A stretch of DNA of 64,000 bases from Deltaproteobacteria bacterium (GTDB taxonomy: Bacteria; Desulfobacterota; Desulfarculia; Adiutricales; Adiutricaceae). The stretch covers positions 2,517-66,516 of the forward strand of contig JAITKA010000139.1 in assembly GCA_031278635.1 (NCBI GenBank), written 5' to 3'. A program made the position numbers and the translations under genes. Shown piece after piece: positions 1 through 8,226 of this stretch. Each line of letters starts with the position of its first letter. Within the stretch, counting starts at the first letter, position 1. The notes under the pieces are model-generated. The model did not search any database and had not been told where the DNA came from. It saw only the letters and a program-made list of their open reading frames with translations.

Positions 1-712
1 ATTATATAAAATTTGTTAAAATATATATAAATAATTTTTGTAGAAGAAAAGCGCTCTAAATTAGTACTTATATTATTAGAAAAATTTTTAAATAAAATAA
101 ATAATTCAAAACATAAAAATATAAAATCTAAGTCATTCTCTTGATGATTAATTAAAGTATTATCTTATATTTTGCTACATAAACTAACGATGCTACCTTC
201 CGTTTTGAAATTCGGCTGGTAGAAATTCCGCAGATACCCAGGAGCGCGAAAAAGCGACTACCAAGTGATTTAATGGCCTTGGCCAAGAACGGCTGCGACA
301 ATGGCATAAGGGGCTTAGGCGGTAATCGAGCCCCTGGATTCCTCCCGTGTTCCGCCTGACCTTTGGGTTTACCTATGCGGTGGCAAGGACCTACTGGCCG
401 TCACGACAATCTCCAAGGAGCTTGGCCAGTGGATCGATTACGGCGGCGGCTCGGTACAAGGTGGGAAAAAACCCACTTTCTTTTATATTGTCCATTGAGT
501 GCTGGTTAAAACAAAACCAGTGCGAGGCAAGAGGCCTGTTCTTAACGGGCATAATCGGTTTTAAATGCGGGTTTCCCGCTTACGGGTTGCCCGATGCCTA
601 GGCGGATGGCCTTAAGATTAATCCCCCCAATCGAATTTTCTAGACGCGGCGGCGGCAATGTGCGAACGACCATACCGCCCGCCCATCGAATTCCTTTTGG
701 CCCGGAAATCAC

Positions 713-741
713 TTGACAAACTTAGCCCAATACCAGATTAT
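713..741 (+). promoter_or_regulatory. candidate sigma70 promoter upstream of the GYF-domain gene
   Basis: TTGACA (713-718), 17-nt spacer, GATTAT (736-741); lies ~150 nt upstream of the ATG at 894. Confidence 0.3.
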
Positions 742-893
742 GCTAGTGTTATAGCTATTTCATACCTGTCCTAATATTCCCTCGTAAGCGGCTACGGCCT
801 GGCTTTACTCCCATCGGGTAGGCGCTGGCTACCCGCTTGGCGTGGCCGGTCGGGACGGTAGGATTCGAAACGAATATCGCGGAGGGGTTCTTT

Positions 894-1958
894 ATGGCAA
901 ACGCGGACAACGAAGCGACGCCGGCCCAGGGTGGCCCACTATGGTTTTACGCGAAGGATGGCCAGCCGGTCGGGCCGTTCGATTTGGAAAGATTCAAGGG
1001 CTTGGTAGCCGCCAAAACCATAGATGGCGCGACTTTGGTCATTAACGCCTCCCTTCAAAACTGGATTCCGTTGAGCCAAACCGAGCTTGCCGCTGGGCTC
1101 GCCAACCCTGCCGTTCAACAGGCCGCACCGGTCTCGCCCGAGGGTTACCAACAATACGCCCAGCAGCCCGGGCAACAATACGGGCAGCCTCCCGGCCAGC
1201 GGTACCCAGGGCAGCCTGGGCCGCAGTATGCCCAGCAGCCCGGCCAACCATACGGGCAGCCGCAACAGTACCCAGGGCAGCCGGACCCGCAGTACGCCCA
1301 GCAGCCCGGCCAACCATACGGGCAGCCGCAACAGTACCCAGGGCAGCCGGGGCCGCAGTACGCCCAGCAGCCCGGCCAACCATACGGGCAGCCGCAACAG
1401 TACCCAGGGCAACCGGGGCCGCAGTACGCCCAGCAGCCCGGGCAACAATACGGGCAGCCGCAGTACCCAGGGCAGCCTGGGCCGCAGTATGCCCAGCAGC
1501 CCGGGCAACAATACGGGCAGCCGTTCGGTCAGCAGTACCCCGGGCAACCGGGCCAGCGGTTCGGCCAATATCCGCAATATGCGCAATATGCGCAGCCACA
1601 GCCAGCTCAGAGGGTTACCGTCAATAACGTTTTTATATGGATTTTGGCCTTTGCGCCGATTATTGGCCTTATCTTAGAAATAATAGTTTATATGATTATA
1701 GATCCTCCTGAAGATTCAAAATTAGGAAATAAATTATGGATGATTACTGTTTTTTTAAACGTTATATTGTGTTATTTTGACGATAAAAAGTTAAAGGCTG
1801 CTAATATTGATACTAAATCATTCAACAAATTCATAATTTTAGTTCCCGTTTACTTGTACAAAAGAGCAAAGGCATTGAATGACCCTTTGACATATTTTAC
1901 CGTTTGGATGGTTTGTTTCGCTTTAATCGTATTCTTGCCCGAGTTGCTTTACTTTTAG
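894..1958 (+). CDS. GYF_2 (DUF4339)-domain protein with Pro/Gln/Gly/Tyr-rich repeat linker and C-terminal membrane domain
   Basis: ATG at 894 inside the TTG-started ORF 837..1958. The N-terminus '[23 protein letters not shown]...NWIPLSQ' fits the GYF_2 pattern. It is followed by '[22 protein letters not shown]' repeats. The last ~110 aa are hydrophobic and encoded by much AT-richer DNA. Confidence 0.75.
   Translation: MANADNEATPAQGGPLWFYAKDGQPVGPFDLERFKGLVAAKTIDGATLVINASLQNWIPLSQTELAAGLANPAVQQAAPVSPEGYQQYAQQPGQQYGQPPGQRYPGQPGPQYAQQPGQPYGQPQQYPGQPDPQYAQQPGQPYGQPQQYPGQPGPQYAQQPGQPYGQPQQYPGQPGPQYAQQPGQQYGQPQYPGQPGPQYAQQPGQQYGQPFGQQYPGQPGQRFGQYPQYAQYAQPQPAQRVTVNNVFIWILAFAPIIGLILEIIVYMIIDPPEDSKLGNKLWMITVFLNVILCYFDDKKLKAANIDTKSFNKFIILVPVYLYKRAKALNDPLTYFTVWMVCFALIVFLPELLYF
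1150..1590 (+). repeat. in-frame 66-bp (one 63-bp) tandem repeat, about 6 copies, inside the GYF-domain CDS
   Basis: 'gcccagcagcc' recurs at 1230, 1296, 1362, 1428 (period 66) and 1491 (period 63). Confidence 0.85.
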
Positions 1959-1976
1959 GCCGCGCCTCGTTACGGG

Positions 1977-2016
1977 AAAAGCCCGAAAGCCATGGCTCAT
2001 TGGCTTTCGGGCTTTT
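1977..2016. terminator. bidirectional intrinsic terminator between convergent genes
   Basis: hairpin aaaagcccgaaagcca / tggctttcgggctttt, flanked by A-run and T-run; sits between the stop at 1958 (+) and the stop at 2048 (-). Confidence 0.7.
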
Positions 2017-2047
2017 GGCGTCGTGGCCTGGGAACGGGATGGGGGGG

Positions 2048-3016
2048 TTAACCCTGGAACTGTTTTTCCCCGTCCTCGAGGAGGCCAAGGAGGTGGCCGT
2101 AGCCCTCGGCTTCCATGCGGGCCTTGGGGACGAAGCGCAGGGAGGCGCTGTTCACGCAATAGCGTAGGCCGCCGGCGGCGGGGGGGCCGTCGGGGAAGAC
2201 GTGGCCAAGGTGCGAGCCGCTTTCGCGACCCCGGATCTCGGTGCGTTGCCGGCCGTGGGAATTATCGGGCAACTTGGCGATGAGGGCGTCGTCTATGGGC
2301 TTGGAGAAGCTCGGCCAGCCGCAACCGGACTCAAACTTTTGGGTGGAGAGGAACAGGGGCTTGCCGTCGACGACGTCCACGTAGAGGCCAGGCTCAAAGG
2401 TGGCGAAATACTCGTTGGCGAAGGGCGGCTCGGTCGCCCCGCGCTGGGTCACCTCGTACTGCATGGGGGAGAGGCGCTTTTGGAGGTCGTTTTGGCCGGG
2501 GGCGGTTTTTTTGTGCCGGCGGGCGGCCTCGAAACTGGCCTCCGGGATATGGCAGTAGCCGCCGGGGTTTTTGTCGAGGTATTTTTGGTGGTAGGCCTCG
2601 GCGGAGTAGAAGTTCTTTAGCTTGCCGCCCTGGACGGCCAAGGGGCGGTCGAGGCTCTCGCCCAGGAGGACCAGGGAGCCATGGATGATGGGCCGGTCGG
2701 CGGGATCGAGGTAATAAACGCCGGTCCGGTACTGGGGCCCGGTGTCGTTCCCCTGTTTGTTGACCGAGGTCGGGTCTATGATTCGGTAGAATAAGTCCAG
2801 GAGCTCCGAGAGGCCCAGGACCGAGGCGTCGTAGGTCACCATGACGGCCTCGGCGAAGCCGGTGTCGCCCCCGCAAACGTCGTGGTAGGTGGGGTTTTCC
2901 GTGTTCCCGTTGGCGTAGCCGACCTCGGTTTCGATGACCCCGGGGATCAGGGAGAGATAGCGCTCGACCCCCCAAAAGCAGCCCCCGGCCAGGGCGATGG
3001 TTTTAGTTGTGGGCAC
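2048..3016 (-). CDS. msrAB: bifunctional peptide methionine sulfoxide reductase MsrA-MsrB fusion
   Basis: MsrA motif 'GGCFWGVE'; MsrB motifs 'CGWPSF' and 'RYCVNSASL'. GTG at 3016 has GGAGG 6 nt upstream (TTG at 3055 from the ORF track is the alternative start). Confidence 0.9.
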   Translation of the reverse strand: MPTTKTIALAGGCFWGVERYLSLIPGVIETEVGYANGNTENPTYHDVCGGDTGFAEAVMVTYDASVLGLSELLDLFYRIIDPTSVNKQGNDTGPQYRTGVYYLDPADRPIIHGSLVLLGESLDRPLAVQGGKLKNFYSAEAYHQKYLDKNPGGYCHIPEASFEAARRHKKTAPGQNDLQKRLSPMQYEVTQRGATEPPFANEYFATFEPGLYVDVVDGKPLFLSTQKFESGCGWPSFSKPIDDALIAKLPDNSHGRQRTEIRGRESGSHLGHVFPDGPPAAGGLRYCVNSASLRFVPKARMEAEGYGHLLGLLEDGEKQFQG

Positions 3017-3115
3017 GATGGACCTCCCCTCGCCCGGCAAGGCGAAAAAATTCAAAGCCGCCAGGATTAGGATACCATCTTCGCGGCCATAATCAACCGC
3101 GGGGGCGGGGGATTT

Positions 3116-4153
3116 TCAGTTTAAATCCGGGAGGGCCTGGGAAAAAACGCGCCCAAAAAAGGCCTTTTCGTCAAGGTTGGGAGCCAGGGCGCCCCTTTTG
3201 ATGCCCTCATGGATGTAATAACGGAGATGTTCCTTGGCGTGGCTCACCCCGGGCATCCACATGTACCGGGCGATTTCGGCCTCCAGGGGTTCCCTGGGGC
3301 CCCCCCAAAGGCCCGTGGCCAGATCGGCCGCCTTCGAGGGGTTTTCCCCGACCCGGCGGGCCCCCCGGATTAGGGCCCTGGTGATGGCCGCCGCGGACGC
3401 GGGGTCGCTCTCGGCGAGGGTGGCGGGCAAGACGACGAAGGACTCGAACAGGTGGTGGGCCGAGGTATGTTTGGCGTGGGGGTTCCCGCCATCGTCCGCC
3501 GGTGAGTGGGCGGGCAGGCTGGCCGAGGCGCCGAAAAGTACCGTGGGCTCGTCGGCCGGGGCATGCCCATGGTCGTGGCCATGGGCGGCCTCGTGGCGTT
3601 TAAACTCCCAGCGGGCCAGGGCCGAGGCCTCGGAGCTTTCGAGGGCGGCCAGGGGGTCGTCGGTTTCCAGCCAGCCGATGTCGGCGTCGGGATCGATGCC
3701 CTCGGAGCGGAAGTAACGGGCGGCGGCCACCGCCGGGCCCGAGGCGAGGTCTTGGACGGCCAGGATCGGTTTATGGCCGGGCCCCCAGGAGGGTCCGGCC
3801 AGGATTTCCACGAAGCCGCCGTAGAGGCCCGCCGTGAATATTAGGGGGGCCCCATGGGAGGCGAGTTTCAGGCCGAGGTGGTTGATTTCCCCGCCCTTTA
3901 TTTCACCGGAGGCGATTTTTTGGGAGATTTCGGGTGCCGTGAGCGAGAGGGGCTCGACCTCGAAGCCCTCGTCGGCGAAATAGCCCTCGGAGATGGCGGC
4001 CGAGATGATGGCGGCCCCGCCGGGGCTGGAGTAGGCGAGCTTGATTTTTTCCAGGGCCCATAGGGGCGAGGCCATGGCGAGGGCCATGGCGAGGGCCATG
4101 GCGGCGGCCAGGGGCAAAAAGGAGGCCCGGCGGGTGGGTGGATCGCGTTTCAT
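3116..4153 (-). CDS. ABC transporter substrate-binding protein, NMT1/SsuA-like (NitT/TauT family), with His-rich insert
   Basis: signal-like 'AAAMALAMALAMASPLWA' then 'KIKLAYSSPGG'; His-rich 'HEAAHGHDHGHA' and 'HAKHTSAHH'; 37 nt from the upstream permease gene. Confidence 0.7.
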   Translation of the reverse strand: MKRDPPTRRASFLPLAAAMALAMALAMASPLWALEKIKLAYSSPGGAAIISAAISEGYFADEGFEVEPLSLTAPEISQKIASGEIKGGEINHLGLKLASHGAPLIFTAGLYGGFVEILAGPSWGPGHKPILAVQDLASGPAVAAARYFRSEGIDPDADIGWLETDDPLAALESSEASALARWEFKRHEAAHGHDHGHAPADEPTVLFGASASLPAHSPADDGGNPHAKHTSAHHLFESFVVLPATLAESDPASAAAITRALIRGARRVGENPSKAADLATGLWGGPREPLEAEIARYMWMPGVSHAKEHLRYYIHEGIKRGALAPNLDEKAFFGRVFSQALPDLN

Positions 4154-4190
4154 AAGTCACCGAGTACGCGGGGAATTGACCGGCGGCCGG

Positions 4191-5045
4191 TCAGTTCTCG
4201 GAGGCGTTGGGGAAACCTTCCAGGGAGAGGGTCAGGTAGCGGTGGCCCAGGGCCCGGATGAGGGCGTCCAGGATTAGGCCCAAAAAGGCTATGACCATGA
4301 CGGCGGCGTACATGCGGGTAAGCTGAAAGGTCTCCTGGCTGGAAAGGACCAGCCAGCCGAGGCCGCCGGAGGCCCCCATCATCTCGGCGGCCACCAGCAT
4401 GAACATGCTATAGCCGAGGCTCAGCCTGAGGCCGGAAAAGACGTGGGGCATGGTGGCCGGGATAACGATTTTTATGAGGAGCCCCAGGCGGTCAAGCCCG
4501 AAGGCCCGGCCGGCTTTGAGCAAAACGGGGTTGACCGTTGCGGCCCCGTGCGCGGAGGCGAAGGTTATCGGCCAGAGGCAGGCCCAGAAAATGATGGCGA
4601 TCTTGGGGCTCTCGCCTATGCCCATGAACAGGATCAGGATATGGAAGAGGAGGAAGGGGTTAATTTGGCTTAGGACTTCCAGGGGGATCTCAAGGCTCGT
4701 TTTAAGCCTGGGGAAGAAAGTCCCCAGGGCAAGGCCAAGGGGCACGCCGACCAGGGCGGCCAGGAAAAAGCCTGGGAGGGCCCTCATGAGGCTAAGGCGG
4801 ACGTGGGTCCCCATCACCCCGGTTTCAAAGAGACGCAAAATGGTATCCAAAACTAGGGTAAATGGAGGGAAGAATATGGGGTTTATTATTTTTAGCCTGC
4901 TTAAAATTTCCCATAATAACAAAAAGCCAATCACGCTGGCGTAGCGGCGCGCGAAAAGGCCCAGGGCCGCGAGGGTTTGGCGAAGGAGCCTTTCGGCTTT
5001 TTGGGGGCCGTGGGCGGCCAGCCTTATGACGGGCATAGTATCCAT
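4191..5045 (-). CDS. ABC transporter permease (SsuC/TauC-like), paralog 4 of 4
   Basis: ATG at 5045 ('MDTMPVIRL'). Permease core '...GRAFGLDRLGLLIKIVIPATMP...VAAEMMGASGGLGWLV'. The longer ORF-track start 5363 would overlap the upstream gene. Confidence 0.85.
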   Translation of the reverse strand: MDTMPVIRLAAHGPQKAERLLRQTLAALGLFARRYASVIGFLLLWEILSRLKIINPIFFPPFTLVLDTILRLFETGVMGTHVRLSLMRALPGFFLAALVGVPLGLALGTFFPRLKTSLEIPLEVLSQINPFLLFHILILFMGIGESPKIAIIFWACLWPITFASAHGAATVNPVLLKAGRAFGLDRLGLLIKIVIPATMPHVFSGLRLSLGYSMFMLVAAEMMGASGGLGWLVLSSQETFQLTRMYAAVMVIAFLGLILDALIRALGHRYLTLSLEGFPNASEN

Positions 5046-5098
5046 GGAAAACCTTGGCGGCTTGGGGGCCCGTGGGGTTTGATCGGGGCGGCGGCCCG

Positions 5099-6064
5099 TC
5101 ACCGGGACCAGACGCGGTACTCGGGGATGGCGGTGGGGTCGTTTAGCCGCACCTCGGCCAGGATTATCTCGTGGACGCCGACGGCCAGGACCAGCAGGAA
5201 GGCGGCCAGGGCGAGGGCGATTTTGAGGCTCGATATCCTCTTGCCGCCCTGGCTTGGCCGTTCGGCCCCCAGGAGGGGATCGACCGACTCCTTCCAGAAG
5301 AAAAGGCCGTTTTGGAGGAAGACCAGGAAGCGGTTGAGGCCCACCCCCAGGGCGACCACGCACAAACCGGCCCCGTATATCCGGGGTACCTGGTAGAGGG
5401 CCCCGGCGGAATGGATGATCCAGCCAAGGCCGGCCGTGGCCCCGGTCATCTCGGCGGCGATTAGGATGAAAAAGCTCATCCCCACCCCGATCCTAAGGCC
5501 GGAGAAGACCTGCGGGGCGGCGGCGGGGAGGACGATCCTCAAAAACGAGGTAAGCTTCCCGGCCCCCATGGAGCGCCCCGTGTCGAGCAAAACGGGATCG
5601 ACGTTCCTGACCCCGGTCAGGGTCGAGAAAAATATGGGCCACAGGGACACCCAGGCCAGGACGGCGATTTTCGGGGTCTCCCCGGAGCCGAAGAAGACCA
5701 CGAACAGCGGGAAAAGGCAGTAGGGGTTGATCAGGCCGAAGACCCTGAGAAGGGGCCCCAGGGCCTCGGCGGCGGCCGGGAAGGCCCGGCCCAGGGCGTA
5801 GCCGAAGGGGACGGCCACGGCCAGGGCCATGATTAGGCCGATCAGGACCCGGGTCAGCGAGACCATGACGTGGTTGAACAAAAAGGCCCTCTCCCAAAGT
5901 TCACGGGTGGCCGAGAGGGTCTGGGAAAGGCTGGGGACGAAGGCCGGGTCGGTTAGGCCCAGGGCGCCCGAGAGCTCCCAGGCGGCCAGGCCCAGGGCCA
6001 AAAGCCAGTATTTTTCCGCGAGACGCCGGGGGCGCCACCCGGCGGCCCGATCCAGCCTAGCCAT
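5099..6064 (-). CDS. ABC transporter permease (SsuC/TauC-like), paralog 3 of 4
   Basis: 'GRSMGAGKLTSFLRIVLPAAAP...IAAEMTGATAGLGWII'; multiple hydrophobic segments; ATG at 6064. Confidence 0.85.
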   Translation of the reverse strand: MARLDRAAGWRPRRLAEKYWLLALGLAAWELSGALGLTDPAFVPSLSQTLSATRELWERAFLFNHVMVSLTRVLIGLIMALAVAVPFGYALGRAFPAAAEALGPLLRVFGLINPYCLFPLFVVFFGSGETPKIAVLAWVSLWPIFFSTLTGVRNVDPVLLDTGRSMGAGKLTSFLRIVLPAAAPQVFSGLRIGVGMSFFILIAAEMTGATAGLGWIIHSAGALYQVPRIYGAGLCVVALGVGLNRFLVFLQNGLFFWKESVDPLLGAERPSQGGKRISSLKIALALAAFLLVLAVGVHEIILAEVRLNDPTAIPEYRVWSR

Positions 6065-6104
6065 GTCGCCCCCCGCTTTTGGGGACCTGGGAAGGGGCCC
6101 GGGC

Positions 6105-6884
6105 CTAAATGGCCTGGGCCTCTTTCCAGGTCACGGTGATTTTTTCCAGGTACCGAAAGAATTTGTCGATGAGGATGCCGAAAACCACGATGACCGCGGT
6201 CCCGGCGTAGAGCTTGGGGATCTGGTAATTGATCTGGGCGTTTATGATGAGCCAACCCAGCCCCCTTGAGGCCCCCATCATCTCGGCCGGGATGAGCATG
6301 AAAAAGGCCGTGCCCGCGGCCATCCTCAGGCCGTTGAAGAGGAAGGCGGCGGAGGACGGGATGACTATTTTGGCCAGAAGGCCTGGTTTCCCCATGCCCA
6401 TGGATCTGGCCAGTTTAATCAGGGAGGGATCGACGGATTTTACCCCCAGGGTGGCGTTCAGGAGGATCGGCCAGATGGAGACCCAGAAGATCATGGCCAC
6501 CTTCGAGAACTCGCCGATGCCGAAGAGGAGCAGGAAGACCGAAAATAGGGCGAAGGGGTTAAACTGGCCCAGGAAAACCAGAAGGGGGTTAAAAACCCGC
6601 TCGAAGTTCTTAAACCAGCCGCCCAGCATGAAGCCTAGGGGGATTGCGACCAGGGCGGCCAGGATGAAGCCGTAAAAGGCCCTGAGGAGCGAGACGCTGG
6701 CGTGCTTGTAAAGGGAGCCGTCGTTTAGGTATTGCCACAAGGTCTCGACTATGGTGACCGGGGAGGCCACGAAGGTTTTCGGCAGGATGCCGGCGAGGCA
6801 GCCCAGCTGCCAAAGCAAGACGAACAGGGCTATCGAGCCCACCTTGTAGAACAAATCCCAGAAGGTATCCGCTGTTATTTTCAT
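6105..6884 (-). CDS. ABC transporter permease (SsuC/TauC-like), paralog 2 of 4
   Basis: ATG at 6884 ('MKITADTFWDLF'), 37 nt after the upstream stop; 'ARSMGMGKPGLLAKIVIPSSAA...IPAEMMGASRGLGWLI'. Confidence 0.85.
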   Translation of the reverse strand: MKITADTFWDLFYKVGSIALFVLLWQLGCLAGILPKTFVASPVTIVETLWQYLNDGSLYKHASVSLLRAFYGFILAALVAIPLGFMLGGWFKNFERVFNPLLVFLGQFNPFALFSVFLLLFGIGEFSKVAMIFWVSIWPILLNATLGVKSVDPSLIKLARSMGMGKPGLLAKIVIPSSAAFLFNGLRMAAGTAFFMLIPAEMMGASRGLGWLIINAQINYQIPKLYAGTAVIVVFGILIDKFFRYLEKITVTWKEAQAI

Positions 6885-6921
6885 GGTTCCACCGTCCGGC
6901 CTAACCAATCCGTTGAATTCG

Positions 6922-7761
6922 TTAACCCAGCTTGACCTCTTCCTTAAAGTCAAGGAAATATGCCTCAAGCTTGTTCAAAAGAAGGATCATGAGCATGCCC
7001 AGGAGGGCGATCCCGACCACCCCGACGTAGATCCGGGGTATGTAATTGTTCATGGAGCTGTTGTGGATCAGCCAGCCCATGCCCGCGCTGGCCGAGAGCA
7101 TCTCGGCGGCGATGAGGAAAAGGAAGGCCGTGGTCGCCCCCATCCTGAGGCCCGTGAATATCGAGGGCAAGGCGGCCGGGAGGACGACCTTCCTGAAGAT
7201 TACGGCCTTTGAGGCCCCCATGGAGCGGGCGGCCTTGATCAATATGGGGTCGATATTCCGGACCCCGCTTATGGCCGTGTTCAGGATGGGAAATAGGCTC
7301 GACCAGAATATGATGGCGAACTTGGCCAGCTCCCCCACCCCGAACAAAAGTATGAACAGGGGGAAGAGGGCGAAGGGGTTGACGTTCCCCAGGAGCTGGA
7401 GGAGCGGGTTCAGGAATTTGGTCAGCCGAGGGAACCAGCCGGCCAGGACCATGGCCGAGGGGATGGCCACGGCTATGGCGGCGATGAGCCCCAGAAGGAC
7501 CCTCTGGGCGCTCGTGGCCGCGTGGATGAATATCTGGCCGCTCGCGACGAGCTTAAGGGCGTCGGTTACGACCTCCGAGAGCGGGGGGATGAATCGGCCG
7601 TCGGCCAGGCCCACGTAAGGCGCGATCTGCCAGAGGAGGAGGAAGGCGATGATGCCGTACCAGCCCATGACCCTATCATGGAAGCCCTTGTCCCCGGCGA
7701 CCGCCCTGGGAACCGGGCGGTTGGGGGCGAGGCCCTCCCCGGTAAGACGTAATTCCGTCAT
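6922..7761 (-). CDS. ABC transporter permease (SsuC/TauC-like), paralog 1 of 4
   Basis: 'ARSMGASKAVIFRKVVLPAALP...IAAEMLSASAGMGWLI'; ATG at 7761. Confidence 0.85.
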   Translation of the reverse strand: MTELRLTGEGLAPNRPVPRAVAGDKGFHDRVMGWYGIIAFLLLWQIAPYVGLADGRFIPPLSEVVTDALKLVASGQIFIHAATSAQRVLLGLIAAIAVAIPSAMVLAGWFPRLTKFLNPLLQLLGNVNPFALFPLFILLFGVGELAKFAIIFWSSLFPILNTAISGVRNIDPILIKAARSMGASKAVIFRKVVLPAALPSIFTGLRMGATTAFLFLIAAEMLSASAGMGWLIHNSSMNNYIPRIYVGVVGIALLGMLMILLLNKLEAYFLDFKEEVKLG

Positions 7762-7804
7762 GTTCGTTCCTTTCGCCCCCTCCCGCGGGGGCGGGGGCGC
7801 CCCG

Positions 7805-8206
7805 TCACCTGGAGGCGAGCTTTTTTAGGGCGTCCGCCAGGGGGATATGGACGGCGAGGCCCAAAACGCCCCGTTCGGACAAGGCTTTCGTGGCCGCCGG
7901 CCCGATCCTACCGGCCAGGACCATGCCGCAATCGCCCAAAAGGTCCGCCGTTTTGGACAAAATGGCCAAATCGTGCGTTTTGTCCTGGCAGGGCCTCGGG
8001 GCGGGCCTGGTTTCCAGAAACTCGTAGCGGTAGCCTTGGTCCTCATTGACCAGACGGTATATGCGAAAGCTTTCCACCCGCCCGAAGCAGGCGTCCACGT
8101 TCTCGCCAGTCTCGCTGGCCACGGCCAGCCTCTCCGGCCTGTAGGGCCCCCGGGCGAGGCCGGCCGGCCTTGGCCGGGCCATTTGGCTTTGATCCGTTTT
8201 ACCCAT
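7805..8206 (-). CDS. NifX/NafY/NifB-C-terminal-like iron-molybdenum cluster-binding domain protein
   Basis: 'AVASETGENVDACFGRVESFRIY...LLGDCGMVLAGRIGPAATKALSERGV' fits the dinitrogenase FeMo-cofactor-binding domain pattern. ATG at 8206 is preceded by AAAGGGG. GTG at 8230 (GTGA overlap with the upstream stop) is also possible. Confidence 0.7.
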   Translation of the reverse strand: MGKTDQSQMARPRPAGLARGPYRPERLAVASETGENVDACFGRVESFRIYRLVNEDQGYRYEFLETRPAPRPCQDKTHDLAILSKTADLLGDCGMVLAGRIGPAATKALSERGVLGLAVHIPLADALKKLASR

Positions 8207-8226
8207 AACGTTGCCCCTTTGGCTTC

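Noticed and set aside
347-601. 84-aa ORF in the left GC-rich island.
   Set aside because: No RBS and no recognisable motifs, and it crosses a terminator-like hairpin at 460-485. It is more likely noncoding or a relic.
4191-5363. Extended N-termini offered by the ORF track for several genes (4191-5363, 6105-6968, 13070-14506, 26526-26852, 32046-33464, 37001-37771, 42900-43778).
   Set aside because: The extensions overlap the preceding gene or are Arg/Gly/Pro-rich. Internal ATG codons give proper signal peptides or conserved N-termini and sensible intergenic spacing, often with an RBS.
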